Below are positions 59,582 through 64,000 of a DNA stretch of 64,000 bases, piece after piece. The DNA is from Croceibacterium sp. (lineage in GTDB: Bacteria > Pseudomonadota > Alphaproteobacteria > Sphingomonadales > Sphingomonadaceae): assembly GCA_039920725.1 (NCBI GenBank), contig JBDSDC010000145.1:14080-78079 (forward strand). The letters are read 5' to 3'. The stretch's first letter is position 1. Every line of letters starts with the position of its first letter. The notes under the pieces are model-generated. The model was not told the DNA's origin and ran no database searches. It saw only the letters and a program-made list of their open reading frames with translations. Made by a program: the position numbers and the translations under genes.

Positions 59582-61927
59582 CTATTCCTCGCCGGATTCG
59601 GCCTCGGGCTCTTCTTCCTTGCGGCCCTTCCTGGCCTTTGGCCGGGCCTTGGGCGCGGCCGGGGTCAGCTCGAAGGCGAGCTTGTCCTCCTTCAAGCTGA
59701 CGTGGACCTCGCCGCCGTGGTTGAGCTTGCCGAACAGCAGCTCTTCGGCGAGCGGCTGCTTGACCTTGTCCTGGATCAGCCGCGACATCGGCCGCGCGCC
59801 GAATAGCTTGTCGTAGCCGCGCTTGGCGAGCCAGGCCCGGGCGTCGCTGTCGAACTGGATGTGCACGTTCTGGTCTGCCAGCTGCAGCTCGAGCTGGAGG
59901 ATGAACTTGTCGACCACCCGGCTGACCGTCTCGGTCCCGAGGTAGGCGAACGGCACGATCGCATCGAGGCGGTTGCGGAATTCGGGCGCGAACATCTTCT
60001 TGACCGCCTCGTCGCCCGCATCCTCCTTGGTCCCCGCGCCAAACCCGATCGAGGCACGCGCCATGTCCGCAGCGCCCGCGTTGGTGGTCATGATCAGCAC
60101 CACATTGCGGAAATCGACGGTCTTGCCGTGGTGGTCGGTCAGGCGCCCGTTATCCATCACCTGGAGCAGGATGTTGAACAAGTCGGGGTGAGCCTTCTCG
60201 ATCTCGTCGAGCAGCAGGACGCAATGCGGATGCTGGTCGATCGCGTCGGTCAGCAAGCCGCCCTGGTCGTAGCCGACGTAGCCGGGAGGCGCCCCGATCA
60301 GCCGGCTGACCGAGTGGCGCTCCATGTACTCCGACATGTCGAAACGCTTCAGCTCGATCCCCATTATGCCGGCGAGCTGGCGCGCGACTTCGGTCTTGCC
60401 GACACCCGTGGGCCCGGAGAACAGGAAGCTCCCGATCGGCTTGTCGGGATCGCGCAGGCCCGCGCGGCTGAGCTTCATTGCCGTCGCCAGCAGGTCGATC
60501 GCCTTGTCCTGGCCGAACACCACGCGCTTCAGGTCACGATCGAGGTTGGCGAGTTGGGTCTTGTCGTCCTTGCTGACCGACTTGGGCGGTATCCGCGCCA
60601 TTGTCGCAATGACCGCCTCGATCTCGCGCGAGGTGATCTTCTTCTTCCGCTTCGACGGCGGGACCAGCATTTGCATCGCGCCGACTTCGTCGATCACGTC
60701 GATCGCCTTGTCGGGAAGCTTGCGGTCGTTGATGTAGCGCGCGCTCAGCTCGACGGCGCTCTTGATCGCATCGGGCGTGTACTTGACCTTGTGGTGATCT
60801 TCGAACGCGGTCCGCAGGCCCTGGAGGATCTTGATCGTGTCCTCCACGGTGGGTTCGTTGACGTCGATCTTCTGGAACCGCCGCAGCAGCGCGCGGTCCT
60901 TCTCGAAGTGGTTGCGGAACTCCTTGTAGGTGGTCGAGCCGATGCAGCGAATCGCGCCGCTCGACAGCGCCGGCTTGAGCAGGTTGGAGGCGTCCATCGC
61001 CCCGCCGCTGGTGGCGCCGGCCCCGATCACGGTGTGGATTTCGTCGATGAACAGGACCGCGTCGGGCAGTTTCTCGAGCTCGTTCACGACTTGCTTGAGC
61101 CGCTCCTCGAAGTCGCCGCGATAGCGCGTGCCGGCGAGCAGCGCGCCCATGTCGAGCGAATAGATCACCGCGTCCATCAGCACTTCGGGCACGTCGCCCT
61201 CGACGATCTTGCGCGCCAGCCCCTCGGCAATGGCGGTCTTGCCGACGCCGGGATCGCCCACGTACAGCGGGTTGTTCTTCGACCGGCGGCACAGGATCTG
61301 GATCGTGCGGTCCACTTCCGGCCCGCGCCCGATCAGCGGATCGACCTTCCCGTCCAACGCCTTCTGGTTGAGGTTGACGCAGAACTGATCGAGCGCGGAG
61401 TCCTTCTTCCCGCTCTTGTCCGGCTTGTCTTCGCTCTTGGTTTCGGGCTCGTCGGAGCCTTGCGGCGAACGCGTCTCGATCTGGCGCCCGCCCTTGCCGA
61501 TTCCGTGGCTGATGAAGCTAACCGCGTCGAGCCGGCTCATGTCCTGCTGCTGAAGGAAATAGACCGCGTAGCTGTCGCGTTCTGAGAACAGCGCGACCAG
61601 CACGTTGGCCCCGGTGACAGTGTCCTTGCCGCTCGACTGGACGTGCAGGATCGCCCGCTGGATCACCCGCTGGAAACCCGCGGTCGGCTGGGGATCGGCT
61701 TCGTCCTCGGTCTTGAGCGACTGGTATTCCTGATCGAGGTACTGGCGCACGACGCTCGACAGTTCGCCCAGGTCGACGCCGCAGGCGTTCATCACTTCGG
61801 CCGCATCGGGATCATCGACCAGCGCCAGCAGCAAATGCTCGAGCGTGGCATATTCGTGCGTCCGCTCGGTCGCGTGCTGGAGCGCGGTGTGGAGGGTCTT
61901 CTCGAGGTTCTGGGCGAAACTGGGCAT
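59582..61927 (-). CDS. clpA: ATP-dependent Clp protease ATPase ClpA
   Basis: [10 protein letters not shown]; GDPGVGKT; FIDEIH; GPTGVGKTE; [12 protein letters not shown]; GARPM. Confidence 0.97.
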   Translation of the reverse strand: MPSFAQNLEKTLHTALQHATERTHEYATLEHLLLALVDDPDAAEVMNACGVDLGELSSVVRQYLDQEYQSLKTEDEADPQPTAGFQRVIQRAILHVQSSGKDTVTGANVLVALFSERDSYAVYFLQQQDMSRLDAVSFISHGIGKGGRQIETRSPQGSDEPETKSEDKPDKSGKKDSALDQFCVNLNQKALDGKVDPLIGRGPEVDRTIQILCRRSKNNPLYVGDPGVGKTAIAEGLARKIVEGDVPEVLMDAVIYSLDMGALLAGTRYRGDFEERLKQVVNELEKLPDAVLFIDEIHTVIGAGATSGGAMDASNLLKPALSSGAIRCIGSTTYKEFRNHFEKDRALLRRFQKIDVNEPTVEDTIKILQGLRTAFEDHHKVKYTPDAIKSAVELSARYINDRKLPDKAIDVIDEVGAMQMLVPPSKRKKKITSREIEAVIATMARIPPKSVSKDDKTQLANLDRDLKRVVFGQDKAIDLLATAMKLSRAGLRDPDKPIGSFLFSGPTGVGKTEVARQLAGIMGIELKRFDMSEYMERHSVSRLIGAPPGYVGYDQGGLLTDAIDQHPHCVLLLDEIEKAHPDLFNILLQVMDNGRLTDHHGKTVDFRNVVLIMTTNAGAADMARASIGFGAGTKEDAGDEAVKKMFAPEFRNRLDAIVPFAYLGTETVSRVVDKFILQLELQLADQNVHIQFDSDARAWLAKRGYDKLFGARPMSRLIQDKVKQPLAEELLFGKLNHGGEVHVSLKEDKLAFELTPAAPKARPKARKGRKEEEPEAESGEE

Positions 61928-62027
61928 GTCTGTTCAATCCAAGAGGAAGGATACGATCCGTCTGGTTACGATTGTGCGAAGCGCCGGTTGAATGCGTGAG
62001 GAACGCGGCGGCGTTCTGTTGTTAACG

Positions 62028-62054
62028 ATGTGGGGCGCCAAACGGCGCTTGCAA
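62028..62054 (-). promoter_or_regulatory. RpoH-like promoter of clpA
   Basis: TTGCAA-N13-CCCCACAT. Confidence 0.45.
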
Positions 62055-62078
62055 AGAGGGGAAAGGCCGGCGGCCCGG

Positions 62079-62282
62079 TCAACCCTGTTCTCGCGGTCGG
62101 AACAGCGCATCGGCCAGCTTGCGTTTGTCGGCCGCCTTGGCGTGCTGCGCGCGGACGCGTTCGATCTCGGCTTCGAGCAGCGCGATGCGCTCGATCAACT
62201 CGTCCTGCGAATAGCTGTCGAGCAGCTCGCCGGCTAGCCGGCTCGCGGCGTCACCGCGGACCCGGGGGAGATCGTCCTCCAT
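62079..62282 (-). CDS. DUF1192-family small protein
   Basis: L...S.DEL.ERIALLEAEI.R...ADALF; promoter TTGACA-N17-CATCCT-N7-ATG. Confidence 0.85.
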   Translation of the reverse strand: MEDDLPRVRGDAASRLAGELLDSYSQDELIERIALLEAEIERVRAQHAKAADKRKLADALFRPREQG

Positions 62283-62372
62283 CCCATGCAGGATGAGTCC
62301 CCCCTCCCTTGCTGTCAACGGGTCCGATCACTAGGGCTTCGGACCGTGGCATTTGAGTCACTGCGGGGCGCG

Positions 62373-63362
62373 ATGGCCGTTGATATTGCTAGTAAAATGC
62401 GCGCGATCGGGATCGCGGCGCCGGGCGGGCCCGAGGTGTTGCGCATCGAAACGCGGCCCGTGCCGGTGCCGGGCGAGGGCCAGGTACTTGTCCGGGTTGC
62501 GTTCGCCGGGGTCAATCGGCCCGATGTGCTGCAACGCCTCGGACGTTATCCGCCGCCGCCCGGCGCGCCCGACGTTCCGGGCCTCGAGATAGCCGGCGAG
62601 ATCGTCGCCGGCGCGCCCGAATGGATCGGCCGTCAGGCCTGCGCGCTCGTCGCCGGCGGGGGCTATGCCGAATACTGCCTGGCGCGCGCGGAACATTGCC
62701 TGCCGGTCCCCGCCGGTCTGCCGCTGGCCGAAGCCGCGGCGCTGCCCGAAACGCTGTTCACCGTGTGGCACAACGTGTTCGAACGCGGCTGCGCGCGCGA
62801 CGGCGAGACGCTGCTGGTCCACGGCGGTACCAGCGGGATCGGCACGATGGCGATCAAGCTCGCCAAGCTGTTCGGACTGACCGTGATCGTCACTTGCGGC
62901 TCGGCGCAAAAGTGCGACGCGGCCCGCGCGCTCGGCGCCGATCACGCGATCGACTACCGGGCGGAGGATTTCGTCGCCGCGGTCAACGGGCTGAGCGGTG
63001 CCAACGTGATCCTCGACATGGTCGCGGGTAGCTACACCCAGCGCAACCTCGATTGCCTGGCCGAGGACGGGCGGCTGGTAACGATCGCGGTGCTCGGCGG
63101 GGCGCGGGCGGAGATCGACATGGCCAAAGTCATGGTCCGGCGGCACACGCTGACCGGCTCGACGCTGCGCGGCCGGCCGGATGCCTTCAAGGCGCTGCTC
63201 GCGGGCGAGATCGAGCGCAAAGTCTGGCCACTGGTGGACCAAGGGCTCTTGCGCCCGGCGATGGACCGCATATTCCCGCTCGAACAGGCGGGCGAGGCGC
63301 AGCGCCGGATGGAAGCGGGCGGGCACATCGGCAAGATCGTGCTCGCCGTGGGAGAGGACTGA
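62373..63362 (+). CDS. NAD(P)H-quinone oxidoreductase (PIG3-like MDR)
   Basis: GVNRPD..QR.G.YPPP; GLE; LVHGGTSGIG; GSTLR; HIGKIVL. Confidence 0.93.
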   Translation: MAVDIASKMRAIGIAAPGGPEVLRIETRPVPVPGEGQVLVRVAFAGVNRPDVLQRLGRYPPPPGAPDVPGLEIAGEIVAGAPEWIGRQACALVAGGGYAEYCLARAEHCLPVPAGLPLAEAAALPETLFTVWHNVFERGCARDGETLLVHGGTSGIGTMAIKLAKLFGLTVIVTCGSAQKCDAARALGADHAIDYRAEDFVAAVNGLSGANVILDMVAGSYTQRNLDCLAEDGRLVTIAVLGGARAEIDMAKVMVRRHTLTGSTLRGRPDAFKALLAGEIERKVWPLVDQGLLRPAMDRIFPLEQAGEAQRRMEAGGHIGKIVLAVGED

Positions 63363-63373
63363 CAGTGCAATCG

Positions 63374-64000
63374 ATGAACTCACGGCCGGTGGCGCATAAC
63401 CGGGCCGAACTTTACGCCCATGCCGATGCCTACCTGGCGGCACTTGCAGCCAAGGACCTGTCGCGGCTCAAGCTAGCCGACCGGGTCGTGTTTACCGAGA
63501 ACAACGTCCAGCTCAGGCTTGGCGATGGCTTGTGGAACAGCGTCAGCGCGGTGCGCGGCAGCTATGACCTGAAGTGCGCCGATTTGTCGCAGGGCGAGGT
63601 GTGCTGGTTCGGCATCGTCGAGGAGCACGGCGTGCCCTCGGTCATGTCGCTGCGGCTCAAGATCGTGGGTGGGTTGATCGCCGAGATCGAGACGGTGGTC
63701 TGCCGCAAGGTCGATTTCAGCCCGTTCCCGAGCGTCGAGACTTATATTGCGCCGCGTCCGCTGATGCTCGCCGATGTCCCGGCCAAGCAGCGCCGCCCAC
63801 GAGCGCGCATGATCGCGATTGCCGACGGCTATTTCGACACGCTCCAGCTCAACGACGGACAGCTGTTCAGCGAATTCACCGACGATTGCGACCGGGTCGA
63901 AAACGGGCTCCAGACCACCAACACGCAAATCGAGGGCTATCCCATCGCCGCGATGGGCTGCGCCGAGCAGTTCCGCCTCGGCCAGTACGTCTATGACGAT
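63374..64000 (+). CDS. Hypothetical protein with tandem NTF2-like repeats (partial)
   Basis: Open frame from ATG 63374 to the window end: Y..AL...D.S.L...V.FTENN..L..GDGLW, then YFDTL...C.RVENG..TT; not in the ORF track. Confidence 0.7.
   Translation, partial: MNSRPVAHNRAELYAHADAYLAALAAKDLSRLKLADRVVFTENNVQLRLGDGLWNSVSAVRGSYDLKCADLSQGEVCWFGIVEEHGVPSVMSLRLKIVGGLIAEIETVVCRKVDFSPFPSVETYIAPRPLMLADVPAKQRRPRARMIAIADGYFDTLQLNDGQLFSEFTDDCDRVENGLQTTNTQIEGYPIAAMGCAEQFRLGQYVYDD

Noticed and set aside
61928-62080. clpA without adjacent clpS; GGAAC..GTT on the plus strand
   Set aside because: clpS may lie elsewhere; the motif spacing is off and it points at no gene

Overview
GC-rich alphaproteobacterial chromosome segment. 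Gene content and order point to Sphingomonadales (Novosphingobium/Erythrobacter-like; inferred, not verified). It is mostly core genome and contains the replication-origin region: dnaQ-coaE-aroE-maf-ppsR | oriC | hemE-hemJ-rho-mnmE-parS-mnmG-rsmG(parS)-parA-parB. It also holds a SUF Fe-S operon, thiS-thiG, rplM-rpsI, pcm-tolC-popZ, helicase-hslR-fdxA-carD, hemB, an exonuclease/ATP-dependent ligase pair and clpA. I saw no rRNA, tRNA, CRISPR array, IS element or prophage. The best candidate for an undescribed system is a LytS/LytTR two-component system with a visible regulon. AlgR-like direct repeats with a 21-bp period lie upstream of its own kinase, of the adjacent UrcA-family secreted protein and of a distant GIN-domain gene. 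The kinase and GIN promoters have an identical offset to their -10 elements. Other leads are two long structured 5' leaders (cell-wall hydrolase and carD), a degenerate DUF559 nuclease embedded in the SUF operon, a stand-alone HEPN-like ORF, a Zur-like box at a MerC-domain gene and many apparently leaderless genes. All calls come from reading motifs by eye; no database searches were run.
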